A stretch of 63,641 nt of DNA, the filler included, from Platydemus manokwari (Eukaryota): the NCBI GenBank assembly GCA_037951405.1. It is 6 parts of 6 records of this genome, joined end to end, with 100 filler letters (N's around TTAATTAATTAA, not from the genome) between each part and the next. Parts side by side here need not be neighbours in the genome. Positions count along the whole stretch, not along the records: positions 1 to 10,656 come from JBBMOY011116330.1; positions 10,757 to 20,257 come from JBBMOY011239986.1; 4 more parts are not named here. One strand, 5' to 3'. How positions within the stretch are numbered: the stretch's first letter is position 1; every line of letters starts with the position of its first letter. A program made the position numbers and the translations under genes. A model generated the notes under the pieces. That model made no database searches, had not been told where the DNA came from, and saw only the letters and a list, made by a program, of their open reading frames with translations. Of the stretch, positions 1-13,900 are shown in pieces.

Positions 1-919
1 ACAGATTATTGCAAATGCTTTCACCCTGTTTAACAAAAGATACTGAAAATACTGTTAACTCGATGAATTTTATATGTATTTCACTTGATATATTCTCTCA
101 GAATTCATTTTTTTAAAGTAATCACTGTATAATTTAAATGATATTTAGGTAATCAAAATAAAATTCTGAGTTCTCTTTTGAATAAACACTTCTACCATTT
201 ATAACAGTGTATTTACTTTACACTCAAATGCGCTATATTTACGCACATTTACTGCAATAGTAGGATTATCCCTTGAACAATAGAGCTCTATCTTCAAAGC
301 CATTTTGCATTAGCCTCTAATATTTATATAGTAAACATACTCGATATTATAGCAATGTTTCTAAACAAAATTTCTAAAGTAAAAAATATACTCATTTTGT
401 TTTTTTTCTTTTGTGATGATTTGTGATGGATGGCTAAAATTTTACTTTATGACTTGGTAATAAGTCCTGATATAACCATAACGATAAATAAAACAACTAA
501 AATTTATTTGATGAGTCTAAAAATTAAATTGAAAAATAGAATAAAGACCTGAAATAAAATTTCATAATGATTCAATAGAATTAAATGATTTACAAATGCT
601 TAACAATTGGATATAAACAAATGCGTGTATTATGATTACACAAAACCTCTTATATAATGAGCGCCATACTAAGTATATAAAGTGACCTTCATTAATTATG
701 GTGACACACAAATCCACGTCACCATTGAGATTAGAGAAAAATACACACTAAATAAACCTGGTGTAATAGATCTTAGTATGAAGTTGTAATTCTGGTGTGT
801 ATTTTTTTATTCATTTATGTGTCACATATTTTTATGAAGATCAGCATACAATTAATTGCTGACAGCTTTTAAGTCTTAACCGGACTACCTACAATTTCTA
901 GACGAATCACACACCACTT

Positions 920-2650
920 TTACAATGTCTATCTAAACCGTATGATGGATTCACAGGAACATCACCTTTTTTGTCTCTAATCAATGAACGAAACACACAA
1001 TCTAATCTGTGGTAGAAGATCTACAAGTTCCTGATCGCCAACAGCGCATTTGTACCAAAGCATTTTCCACAAACGCATAACATCTACCTTCCGTAAGAAT
1101 TCGCTGTTTCTATGGTTTTATGGGAGCAGTAACCCCATTCAGACTGCATCTTGATCAACACAAAGCCAAAAATCTACAACTAAACCAATCACATGGGGTC
1201 AACAACCTTCCTGTTACAAATGAAAACATGAACTAACAATGAATATCAAGCCTCTCCATTCAAACCTACCTCTCAAATAAAATGGCAGATACCACAACCG
1301 GGCATCGCAATCATGATCCATGACTTCAAAACTTTCTATCTATCCTTTCCTTTTTAAAACTCTCAGTATGAAAAATGGTCTTTGGCTAATCCACTTGAAT
1401 GGAATAACTGGAGCCAATATATCGCTGACCAAGCCAAATCATGGTCTTTCTTAATCGATCTTGCAAACCAATATTTATTAAATTTCCAGGACTCTCTCTG
1501 GAATAAACTGGCCTCACTGCGATGAAACCTTCCTGCAGTCAAAGAATCCATCGCGTTCAAAAAATCATCATTTGCTGGCTTTCCAAAGCTACTCAACTTG
1601 TTCAACTGTCTTCTTTTTGGCATCCAACACATTCAGGACTACATTGAAGCGCCTGTGTTTCATACCCGTTTCTTCACAACTAAGAGATGATATCAACAAA
1701 ACGATATCCACCATTTTGTTATTTCGCAAACTTCAAAATGAACCAGAAATAAATAAACCCACACATCAAATGCTGATGGCGGCAATCAAAAACCTGAAAA
1801 CTGATGTCAGTGATCTAACACAAATACTGGTCATTGTTCGAGCTTGCTATAACCTCAATTGAGACACATAGATTCGCTTCGAAAAAGATTATAAACCCAT
1901 TAGTTCTTCACTTCTCAGGCCAATCTACAACGGATTACAAGCTTAGGAGTCAATTTCTTGTCCAATATAGAGTCTAAAAAACAATTAGAAATTAATTAAT
2001 TAATCAAATTATCCACAACACGCCTCTAAAATACATGATAACCAATTTTGTACTTTAGCCTACGATTCATGACTAGAAAACTAAGGAAACTCCAAATTGA
2101 TGTCGAATTCAGTTACTACGACAGAGAAATTCAATTGGTAACCTTGAAAAGATTTACTTATCAAAGAAATACTACGGGAAACTGTGTGAAATCCTCCACG
2201 ACTCGGGATCAGTAACTTTCTTCAACGATGAACAACCTTGAAAAAGCAAGACAGACTGATGTACTGTTTCTCGGCTTCATACATATCACAAAAACCGTTG
2301 AAAAATTTCATGTTATCCCCAGAAGCTTAGATTTTTAAGCACCAAGGACAGGACAATCTACTGTTGCTGAACTTCCCATCATAATTTATCAAATTGAATA
2401 AATCGACGTTTTGCGACTGCTGTAACACCGAACAGGAAACTGATGCATGTATCTTTATTCATTGCCTATCCGTGCAATTCTTCTGGACTACCTCAGCCAT
2501 TACTTAGAATCTCTTAAATATCGTACCGATATTGATACATCACCAGTATCAGATTCAAAACTAAGACCAGGTCTACATCGTGGATCTAAAAATACCTTTA
2601 GATATAATGAATAAATTTGAACGACACTGGAACCTGAGTTACGAAGAATA
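920..2650 (+). mobile_element. Degenerate non-LTR retrotransposon (L1/Tx1-like ORF2 fossil)
   Basis: Frame from 2400 reads KSTFCDCCNTEQETDACIFIHCLSVQFFW, the CxxC..ET..(H)xFxxC...FW C-terminal zinc finger (zf-RVT) of L1/Tx1 elements. Upstream are weaker decayed motifs in the expected order: ISTILLF (~PLSPLLF, ~1705), LGVNF (~1945), and a terminal FERHW (~2615). Many stops and frameshifts; boundaries approximate. Confidence 0.6.
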
Positions 2651-3059
2651 CAGAAATATGGCGGCTGAAATAAGTAAGAAATCACGATTCAACACCGGCC
2701 TAGATGTTAACTGGATCCTTAGTCTCACAAAACAGCAATGTCCTATCAAACATCGCCCTGAACAAATCACTGATAACTTTAATCTCAGGCTTACTAATAA
2801 CCTTCATGTTGAGGGATGCTGATCAGAGGAAAATGAAAATCCATCTTGGACACCAGCCTTCAAATCAATTACCATCATTGCATATCAAAACTAACAATGT
2901 AAACTCTTAACAAAAGAAGCTCCAAATGTCTATATAAAGGAATTGATTGTATAAATACCATAAGCAGACATGAGGATTTATGCCACAAAGTCGTGAGGAC
3001 TTTGATGTTTGTGCTAAATAAATTTTAGTTGTCGTGTATTTATTTTTTAATTTAATTTT

Positions 3060-4900
3060 TCGATAATAAAACTGTTCACAATGTCTGTAATACTGATCTT
3101 ACATTTCATATCGATTTCTTTTGCCTGAAAATTTTGTTTTTGCTTCTTTTCAATTGGATCTCATTACCAATTTTTCATAACTTATTATTTTCCTTCAATA
3201 ATTTTCCCATGATTTTGGAAAAGACTACATCTTATGATACCCTCGTTGTCCTCTTGAATGTTTAAAATAACTGTAAACAGACTAAAGTTTTCATCTTATA
3301 TACGACTCTGTAGGTTTTAAATTTAAGCTCTATCAATAGATTGTTTAAATTCGATTGTTTCAAAGTAATCTGGAATTCTGTTTAAAGGTCCAAGATCATG
3401 AGTCATAACTTTTGAAAAGTGCCTTAAATTGGTGATAGTCCAGATGGCATACGCCTAAAGCAAAATTGTCTTTCTCAGTTTGAAGATAAATTGTCTATCT
3501 GAAAATCTATTCTCGATTTCAACTTGATAAGAGGCGTTTACCAAATCAATTGTAATGGAAACCCGTGTTCAGTTGAGAACATCTGTCATTTCTGAAATAT
3601 TGTCAAACGGAAATTGCGGCATTTTGCTAGTTTTATTTGATTCTAGAAAACACAGACATATCCATATTAATCTTTATCCTCTTACTTTATAAATAAGTGT
3701 TTCAAATTGATTTTCATCTTCCAATTATTCTGTCATGTCCATTTCTATCATCTTATCATTAATTCTAGAGCCCATAACAACTCACGGCATTCATGCATTT
3801 ATTACAATTTGTTTTCAGTTAATTACAATTCAATGTCTAAATATTCCCGTTGATCATACCTCCTATTTATGATATATAAATCCATTTTTATATTTTTTTC
3901 ATCAGTTTTTCTCCTCTAACATTAAAAATATTAAGATTTCAAACATGGTTTTCTTTATCATTTCATTTTATATCATCTTTATAATCAATTCTATTCCAAA
4001 ACCTAAATCTAAGGCCATAAATATTAATTAATTTGTCTCATATGAAATTAAATAATTTGTTTCTTTCACTCATTGTCACTTCTATAAATATAATGCACAA
4101 GATTTTGAAATTGCTATCGTTAGTACAATTTCTCTTTATCATGCATTTGTCTATTTTATCTTTCGTATTATGTGAAAACATAATTGCATTAATATCTTGA
4201 GCTCAAGTATCTAATAAACAATTGGCCTCTTTTCTATCCATAGGTAAATAATTTCTATTACATTCATTACATCGTAAACAATATGTGATATGTGTATTGA
4301 TTTTAATTACTTTACTTAAGAGACGTACAATTCTAAATTTAAAAATCTGAATATCACGCATTATATCACGATTCACTTTAAGTAATTATATGAAATATTA
4401 ACACCTCTAGAACTCACACTTCTTTGAGCTGGTATTATTTCTCCTTGTGCCATCCTAGTGCCTTGTCTTTTGAATATTCTTCATTGGCTTTCCACAGATG
4501 TTAAGTCCAGTCGAAATCATATCCATTGTTTTGAATCTTCTAATGATCTCGGATATTTTGTTAATCTTAGTTTATCGAAAGTCTTTCCTTCTCCCTCCAA
4601 TTACTATTGTCGTAGGTCATTTTATTTAGACCTTGACTCGATTATTTTACTCTCCAGCACCGATGCAAGAAATGATAATTTTCTCTCATTGCTTGCAACG
4701 GAAATTATTTACGTTGCTCTCTAATATTACCAATTTCATCACAAGATCAACATTTACCACTTTTTTGTGGTTTGGAAAGGTCGACCTAGTGGGGTCTTCT
4801 TTTTAAGGATTTTTAGGTTTCTGTTTCGATATTGAGTCCTTTGAGTTCTATCGATCTATTGTTTTGATGTCTTGGTGACTTCAGCGAAACAGTCTTTTAT
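3060..4900 (-). mobile_element. Degenerate Ty3/Gypsy LTR retrotransposon pol remnant
   Basis: Minus strand 3400-3625 gives fragments PQFPFDNISEMTDVL, ITIDLVNASYQVEI, FRRMPSGL and TFQKL, which are decayed Gypsy RT motifs (YPLP.I; IDL..AYHQI; F.RMPFGL; TFQR). Outer boundaries are approximate. Confidence 0.6.
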
Positions 4901-7900
4901 GAATTGTTGTATTGGGTTCTCTCTCTCAACTTTAGAATAACTTTGTACATTTTTTTCGACTCAACTCATAAAATTGCTTTTACTTATTTACAATAGAATA
5001 AATGTATAATTAGAGAGCATTTTCCCATTTAAAGATAAATTCGTTATTTAATATACAGTCTAGAATAAAATATCTATTTACAATTTTGCAATTTTCTAAA
5101 AAACATCAATTCTACAAAATATTTCCCAATTCTCATAAAAAAATCTCAGATTCAAATATCAGCTATTTCAAAAGACCCAATTATCTTTTCGCTCAGGTTT
5201 TTGAATCTCTCTCACTAGAACGACTAGTGTCAATCTATCGAGACATTCTTAAAATCGTTTAATTCTTCACTTTATTATTATTAAAATTTATTTAAAAATA
5301 ACCAAAAAAATTTTTTGCATTTTTTATCAAAAATTACGTAACGATATTATTTATTTCTGAAATTTTCATTTTCATTAGTAGCTACTAAATGCTTTGTTAA
5401 TTCAAATGTTTTATCAAATAAATAAATAGTTTATTATCCCTTTGTTTATGAAAATTATGAACAAGACATTATTTTTTGTTTAACACGAAAAATAATAAAA
5501 TTCGGCTGATCAAAATAATTATTTTGATATATTTGAATCAATATCGAACTAAATTCATGAAAAAACAAACATATAACATTACATGAAGGAATCGAGGTCT
5601 TTGTATTTCGATTCGATTTCAAGCTCGTCGTGACCTAACTCGAAATAGAAATTTTAGCATAAATTGCATATGTGTGGTTTAGGACTATCTGTGTTTTTAG
5701 AGTAAAGAGCTTAGAGAGAATTATGTAGGTCTACATCCCATATAGCACCGATGAATTCTTCATGTATTTCTTTTAGCATTTTTGATTTCTTTTAATAATT
5801 TCAATAGCATTGCTTACTGTCTTTACATTTCTCATCTCCAGATCCTTTTTTAATTCACATCGTCAAGGTTGTTGACAGAGAAATAGCATTGTGACGTGAA
5901 ATATTGATATACTTGTTAATATTCAAAACAAAACAATTTGTGAGAATGGTTAATGGTAATGTCAATACGTAATTTGATTGAGAAACTTATCCTGATAATT
6001 GTCGAGTTTCATGCATTCATTCCAGTATATAAACCAAGAGATCCTTATCAAATCAATAACGAATTAATTTAATCAATATATAATTTAAAGGAATGATTTT
6101 TAATTTTTATTTATAGTTATTTTTTGCATGTTTGAATTTGCCGGAAATGTTGTGTTATTGAAAATATTAATATTTATTTTCACCGTACGCCATTTTGCAA
6201 GAAGAAAATTCTGTACATATATATCTATAATAATTTCTTTTGTGATAACAAATAATATTTGTATTTGGAGTAGATTCTGTGGGTTTAAATCAGTGTAGAA
6301 ATCCCAAATTATTTATCTTAGTGGAATTCATGAATTGATTGAAATCCTTCAAGAAACACTAAATGTTTAGGCGTCGAAATTAATAATATAATTTACAAGC
6401 TTTTCAATCACCTCAAAGTATTGATTGTTGTTGGCAGACTTCCTCGAATAATCAAACATTGATATTAAGATAAGTAGACAAGTTTTTCTTCTGTTCTGAA
6501 GCCTTCTTGTGATTTAAATGTAAATTTTGGGATTTAGTTTGTGTTTCGATAGAGGAATTGTGAAAGTCAAGATGTAAGCAATTGTAGATGATTGTAATTA
6601 TATTTAGAAATTAAAAATGGAGACAGTTAATTTAACAACTCATTGTCTAACTAAACACATTCACTTACAAAAATATGATATTCGAATAAAACTATTAATT
6701 TAAACTAATTATATTTTAATTTATAAAATTGCAAATAATCATTGATCTGAACATAAATTTAAAATTTTAATTCTCGTAATTCTCTGAAATTAACAAAGAT
6801 TAAGATATCTTGTCCTCGAACAAGAGTCAAGTTACTATAACGTGCTTGTAGCAACACTTTATTAAAGTTCGAATTAAAATCTTTATTCTTATTCGATTTG
6901 AATTTTCTAAGATGATTTTTCTTGGAGGGTTATGATTAACATGATATAAATATAATACAACTATAAATTCTTTAATTTATTAAAACTATTAAGCAATAAT
7001 TTATAAAGATGGTATAAGCTTTTACAGATTATAGTTAATAATATATTGTTTAAATTCATAATCATTTATAACGACATATTATTTTAGAGTACTTTTGATG
7101 TTTTCTTGTTACTAGTACGCAATAGATTTAAATCGATTCAAGTTTATTGTAATTCAAAGTAGATTTAACTTTTCTTATTAATTTCTTTTACAGAGTTCTC
7201 TGGTGCCAGAATTTTGTGGTGGCGCCCGTCGTCGAAGTGCTTTATGTGTATATTATTGTGTTGGTATGAAAATAAGTGTTTAGTTACCATATTTTTATCG
7301 ATCGATCAGACAGTGTTCCATAACATTTAATGATTTCCTGGAGGTACAGAACCACTTTGTTACTACTGAGCACAACAATGGATTTTTTGGAAAATTATTG
7401 TTAAGCTAATTTAATGATAAATTTGTTGCGAATTTTAATTGAGGACTCTGGAATACAGAGATTTTCTCCAGCATTATAAAAGCGATCCTCATAAATTTCC
7501 AAAATGGACAATGAAGTTCCCTAAAACTCCACAGTCTTTTGGGTTGACTCAAGGAAAATTTGGAGCCCCACGATAAGCTGCTGCTAAACATCAAATGTCA
7601 TTTTGATGAGCAAAGGAACTGAACAGCATGGTGTGGTAGTCTTTATTGAAATATTTAGGCCAATACATTCATTGTGATCAATATATGAAATGTGATGACA
7701 TAATCATCCTTACATTATGATTGTAGTTTCTGTAATAAAAAGTAATCTATTATAAAATAATAAATTATAATCAATTAGTTTCTGTCGACTATTCTTTACT
7801 CACTATAATAATATCCCCAATTATTATTAATTATAATTTATGTATCATTTTTACATCAATTTATATTTTGTTTTAATCAAACTATAGGCAATGGATTTAT

Positions 7901-10656
7901 TTTATTAAATTACAAATATTTTTATACATATGAAATTGCACTATTTAGAAATATCGACACGGTTATTCATAAGGATGAATTGGAAAATTCCTAATTATAT
8001 CAATTTATGACAAATTTGTGACGATTTTCGTTTAATAAGTTTGATCTTATTAAATTACTTATTTTAAGGAGTAGTAAAAATAATTTATATAAAGAAAAAT
8101 CAAACGCGAAATCATTTTCATATTTCTATTTTCAATTTCTGAGTTTAGTAATTTTATGTACAATTATTGTGGACACGCTTTGGCTCTCATTATTAGACAG
8201 TAAGTCATATTTCTGAAGTCAAATGGAGAAATTTTAGGAAAATTAATGTAATATGTTAGCACTATATATATATATATATATTAGCAGATATGCACGACCT
8301 TTATATTTGAATAATATATAAATTATAATTAATTATATTGATTATATTATTCATTAAATATTATATTCTTTTTGGGTGCCTAGCTCACTTGTGACTTGAC
8401 TGTTGTTTGAAATTTATTTTAGAACTGTTGACTTTGATTGTCTTTCATAGTATTTTACTTTTGTGTCACCATGATTTAATAGTAATAATAATATTTTATG
8501 ATGTTTTTTATTGTCACGATTTATATATTCGTTCACAATTTTAAATAAATTAAATCACAATATAATTCCTGATTTTGAATTACAAGATTCATTGCTGCAT
8601 TTTCTTGAGATGTCTCTGATGATGTTTTTATATGGCTGGAATAAGAATGTCAAAGACAGCTATGAAACCTTTGAAAGAGATTATCATCTTATTTTTCTCT
8701 TTATTATAATTGTTTCCTGTCTTTAACAATATTACAAATCTCCACATTTTAAATAGACCTTGGCTTGATTATTTTTTATTTAAGTCAATGACATAATCTC
8801 TGTTTTATTACTTATTCGACAAATTGTATTATCCTGTCTATATTTTACATTGTTGGATTCATTTTTTATTGATTTGTTCTGATTTTCAAAACTTATATTA
8901 AAAAATAAATACTTGTCCTCAAATATCGCGATATTGTTGGCCGAATAATTAAAACATGCTGTATTGTTTCAGTTAACTTTAGTCTGACATATTTCTGAGC
9001 TTATAGTTCACTGTTTTATTATTATCAACGAATTAGCAATAAATTATTATCATAATAATGTTAGTGATTATTACATCAGAATATAATTTAAAATTATTTA
9101 TTTATATATTATTAAAAAATTCCTTACAATAAGAGTGTTTCTTTTAACTATTACATATCAATCTTCTCGCAATTGGAATATTACATGATTAACCTTATTT
9201 CCTCCTTTATCTCTTACATGTTTGATATAACTTTCGAAGTATTTCTAATATTGTTACTTGAAGATATTCCAATTTTTGTGACTGAGTGTCTTTTCCGTCG
9301 TTTTCAATTTGTGTCGCTATTGGAATCCCTGTGTGATTGTTTATTGATATAGTTTTTCCACCTTCTTGATTATGCTTCGAACCTAAAAATCCCTTCACAT
9401 CAACATATTGACGGAGTTGTTTATGGGGGACCTTTATTCCATTACTATATGAGACCTATATAAATTATGTGATTCTATAATAAAAAAAAAGTAACAAGAA
9501 GTGGAGTCGAATCATTACAATCTTACTATCTACCCCATTAGTCTCAAGACTCCCATGATCATGAATAACCTGTATTTAACACATGATCACTCACTGAAGT
9601 TCTGAATTAACTTGCTATTTGAACAGCCAGATCTTTATACTTTCGGTAGTTTCTCTTAAAGTTATTCTTAAAGCTTTCTTGTCTGTCAAATTGGACCTTA
9701 AGGAAAGTATATTTTTTCAAGTTTTTACTAACCCGAAGTTTGGATGTCTTCACCTAAATTGGCAAGCATTCAGTATAGGCTATTCAAATCTTTAACCCGC
9801 GTTACAGAGAAAGGCCAGTAATTCAATGGTAAAAGGTTATTTTCATCCAAGACCAGGAAGTGCCAAACCTGAAGTGATAACACAATCGAGTCTAAGACTC
9901 CCATTAAGACCTTGTTGTTTGTTTAAGCGATCTCAAAACCCATTTCATTGTAAATTTCATTTGTGCAATTAGTGCTGGAATGGGCTTCAACGATATTTGT
10001 TTTTTTCTGGTTATACAGATTTTGTATGTTATTTTTTCTATCTTGTTCAATTACATTTCGATTTTTTCCCTTTTCGATGAGCATTATTCTTGAAATAATT
10101 GTAAGAAATATTCATATTCACAACAATTTTTTGATTATTTATATTTCTAGCTAATTAAAAGTTGTTCTTCATTGTTTTAAATACATGGGAAATTGGTAAT
10201 CTAAATCTATTTTGTATGATTTTTTTTCTCGTTCAATGAGTTTTTTTCTTGGGTTAGTAGCTTCATTTCATCCAATTTTACTGGATAAAATGATCTAGTT
10301 TTTACAAATGTTAAAGAGTAAATAAATGATATAGACATTGTCATAGAGAATTTGATACAGAGAAAAGTCAGAATAGATAGAAAATCAAAGATTTTAAAGA
10401 AATGGTGATTCGGAAATTTTAAAATGAATTAAATTATTCAAGATTTTTATAAAATTTTATAACATTAATTTATTTTAATAATTGTAGTAAAATATTTAAT
10501 TTTACGTAGTGGCTCTTCAACTTGTTTCAGTGCATGTGATACGTTTTGGGGTCACTCTCTTTTTATGATTTATTATTCCTTCTTTTGATTGATCGATACT
10601 ACGACTTAATCAGTGCTCTGAGTCCGTTATTGACCCTCAGGTAGTATTTTGACCTT

Positions 10657-10756
10657 NNNNNNNNNNNNNNNNNNNNNNNNNNNNNNNNNNNNNNNNNNNN
10701 TTAATTAATTAANNNNNNNNNNNNNNNNNNNNNNNNNNNNNNNNNNNNNNNNNNNN
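10657..10756. other. Artificial contig linker (N44-TTAATTAATTAA-N44)
   Basis: Exactly 100 nt with a core that gives stops in all six frames; identical linker occurs five times. Confidence 0.97.
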
Positions 10757-10955
10757 TATAACATAATCACCCATCAGAAGGATTTATTAATTGAAACATT
10801 TATTTATTAAATGTCATTTACAATAAACTGTATGAATAAATTTTTTACAAATTTTATTAATTTGGTAGTTGAGAACAATTGTAAAACAAGGAATAATCAA
10901 CATGTTTTATATTCTTCGAATTTTTTTTACAATAATCTTAAAATCAGAATCTTTT

Positions 10956-13900
10956 TCAATTGGACTGCAATGCTTTATCTTCATCGGTTGATTTCGGTGG
11001 CGACAACGTATCCGTCTCTTTGGATTTGGGTTTGGATTTGGGTGGTTTTGCTTTCGAATCTTTGTTACCTTCACTAAAAAATGGAACGGAGAATATATTT
11101 TCCTGGAAAATCAAAGCCAAACTTAATACACTGAAAACAACATAAAAAAATGTAAGTAACGGCACACAAAAATAAAATGTGCCAGAATAATCACTGGTGA
11201 CAATTCTTGGATTGAAAATTTTAAATTTCGCTGTTTTCGTAACACTGCCTCGTTCATTCCTGGCTTCGCACTGAACGACATAATTTCCAGAAAAATCCCA
11301 AGGTCCGATTAGTAGAAAATATTCGGAAACCGTCAATTGTGAAGGACCTTCTATTTGAGTCCAGGTGATTGTCGCTGGTGGAAATGCAACGACATTGCAT
11401 CGTAGATATTTTCGGTACATCATAATATGATGGAGGACTGTTATTGAAACGTTGTGTGGTCCCACTTCCACACGAATCAATCTTTCATCTCTCGCTGTTT
11501 CACCTTCACCAGCTGTACATGTAATTTTAATATTATTTCCAATATGTTTTTTAGTGAGAGTGAGAGAATGCAAAGTTTTCGGTTCAATAGGTTCTGAACC
11601 CCTTTGAATGTATAATACATAAGTAAGACCACTTTTGCATGACAGTGATTCAGTTGTACAGGTAATGATATCACCGACTAAAAACATTGATTTATCTTTT
11701 GGGTTGATCGAGATTGAAGGAGGATTTAAAGAACAGGCTGAATAATACATAAAATAAATTTAATACGGTTGTATTATGAATGATAGGACTATTATTATAT
11801 GGAACCAATATATTATCACAAAATGTGCTTATGCCTAATTGGTAAGTGATGCTAAAATTCCTTAGCGATAGAAATATCTAATGATTTATTTAAAGTTTTA
11901 CCCCTTACTGATCAGATGAAAGTACTAAAAAGTCGTTCTATCGGTGGTTTTTATTGGAATTGATAATAGTTTAGTTAAAAAATATAGCTCATAATCTTTA
12001 CGGGTGTCAATTAAAAATTGTTTCAGATATTAAAAATATATCAATGAAAATTAACATTTCATAGGTATTATCAGCATTTTAGTTTCATTACGTTCTTTAC
12101 ACCCGACCTTCACTACATAATCTGATATTTTGTAAAATCCTGATTTGTCAGGTCTCAGACCCTCTATGGGTGCTCTGACTTCGTCTTGCCAACCTGTTCT
12201 ATTAAATAAACCATCGGGATTTCTTACAATCATCGTAATTTTTGAATGGACCAAATTAACACCTGAACATGGCATTGGTTTTATATCCGTTGTATAATTG
12301 ACACATAAGTAGCATTTTAAAACATTACCCGGATAAACCTCATTGAGATCCAAGTTAAATTTCACATAGTAATTTCCTAAAAATGCAAAATCAGATTAAT
12401 TAAATCGTGCGTGATAAAATTTTACAAGCTAGATAGGCAGATATAATATCTTGTGAAAGGAAAACAGTGGCCCAGTGTAACTCAGCAACAAGTATTAAGT
12501 ATTTTTAAAAATTGTTATGATGAAATTAACATATTTTTCCCAAAAATTGTTTAATGCGGCTAGATAAATATGAAATTGTTTCAGTTAATCTATGATTTTC
12601 GACTAATTTTCTTATATTATAATTATCTTATAAATGATATATAAATAAATGTTAATGAAGTTCAAAATCGGAGTTAGGTCTGTACTAAGATACTTAAAAT
12701 TCATTTTGAATAAATAGTAAATTTTATTAATAACTTTACAAAATTTTCGTAAGAGGGTTAAACCAGTGAAAAACAAGTCACGATTTTTAATAAATTATGA
12801 GGTAGCATTAAGCACAACCATTGGCTCACATAATTATTAACAGCACATAATTATCACCTGACAGGTAATAAGATTTTAAAGTATTGTACTACTTACTATT
12901 CTGTAATACAAACATTCACGATTGGTATTTAAAAAATACGCTTTAAGAACTTATAAACATTGTTCTTACTATATTTGAGCTTCTAATTTTAAAAAGCAAA
13001 AAATAAACTTTAGAGTTTTACTTATTTGGCCTGTAATTTTATTTATCTAATTTCAATTTTGTCTCTATCATTAATCAACCATATTGAATGCCTAAATTTG
13101 ATACTTCTGTATTTATCGCTGTTTTATCTTATATAAACAACAATTTTTATTTATTTGTGTATACTTTAAAATTGGTAATTTGTATTCTTATTAAAATTGG
13201 ATCTTCAAGGTTATTGAAATTAAGCACTTTTGTAAAATTGATCATTTTGATTCATCTGTCTATTCATTAGCAATTCTATTATTTTTAAGTTCGATTTAAT
13301 TTAAAATTGGGAAATACTGAATAACTCGGTTTTGTCAATAGTTAATGCTTAAATTCCAAGTTCTTCTATTGAAAAAAATACCCCAAAACATTATTTCAAT
13401 ATTGCTGATACAGCTGAATTTTAACCAGGTTGGATAATTAGAATGCAAATGGAATTATGTTTCATGAAAGAATATTTACTAACCAAATCATCTTATTTAA
13501 CTGTAAAATCTCAAGAATTCAAATTGGGATATTAAATGATTGTTTGGAGGACTTGTATTATTTTGGTATAACATTTGTTCCCGATAATTTGTTTATAATT
13601 ATGAAATTAAAAATATTTTTCAATACATCTATTTAATAATATTCTGGAGCTATGCGTTGGTTATGTCATTTTATACTCTTAATATTATTATTACTATTAT
13701 TATTATTATGACAACATAAAATTAAATCACGTGAATTTTGTAGTAAAATTGAAATTGGTGAAAAGATAATTTTAATAATTTAATAAATTAAAAAAAATTG
13801 ATTTGCATAAATACTGGACAAAGTGACACGCAGTATCTTTAAACATCACTCCTTACTTGTTACTTGAACAGTTTTCCATTTGTTGAGACAGGTATATTGT

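Noticed and set aside
7201-7235. PBS-like TGGTGCCAGA / TGGCGCCC
   Set aside because: No adjacent LTR end, paired repeat or gag identified.
10701-10712. TTAATTAATTAA recurring at ~10-kb spacing as a biological repeat or CRISPR-like array
   Set aside because: Always centred in a 100-nt N run; an assembly spacer.
10811-11674. Short ORFs overlapping the last exon of the Ig-like gene
   Set aside because: Shadow frames without independent coding signals.
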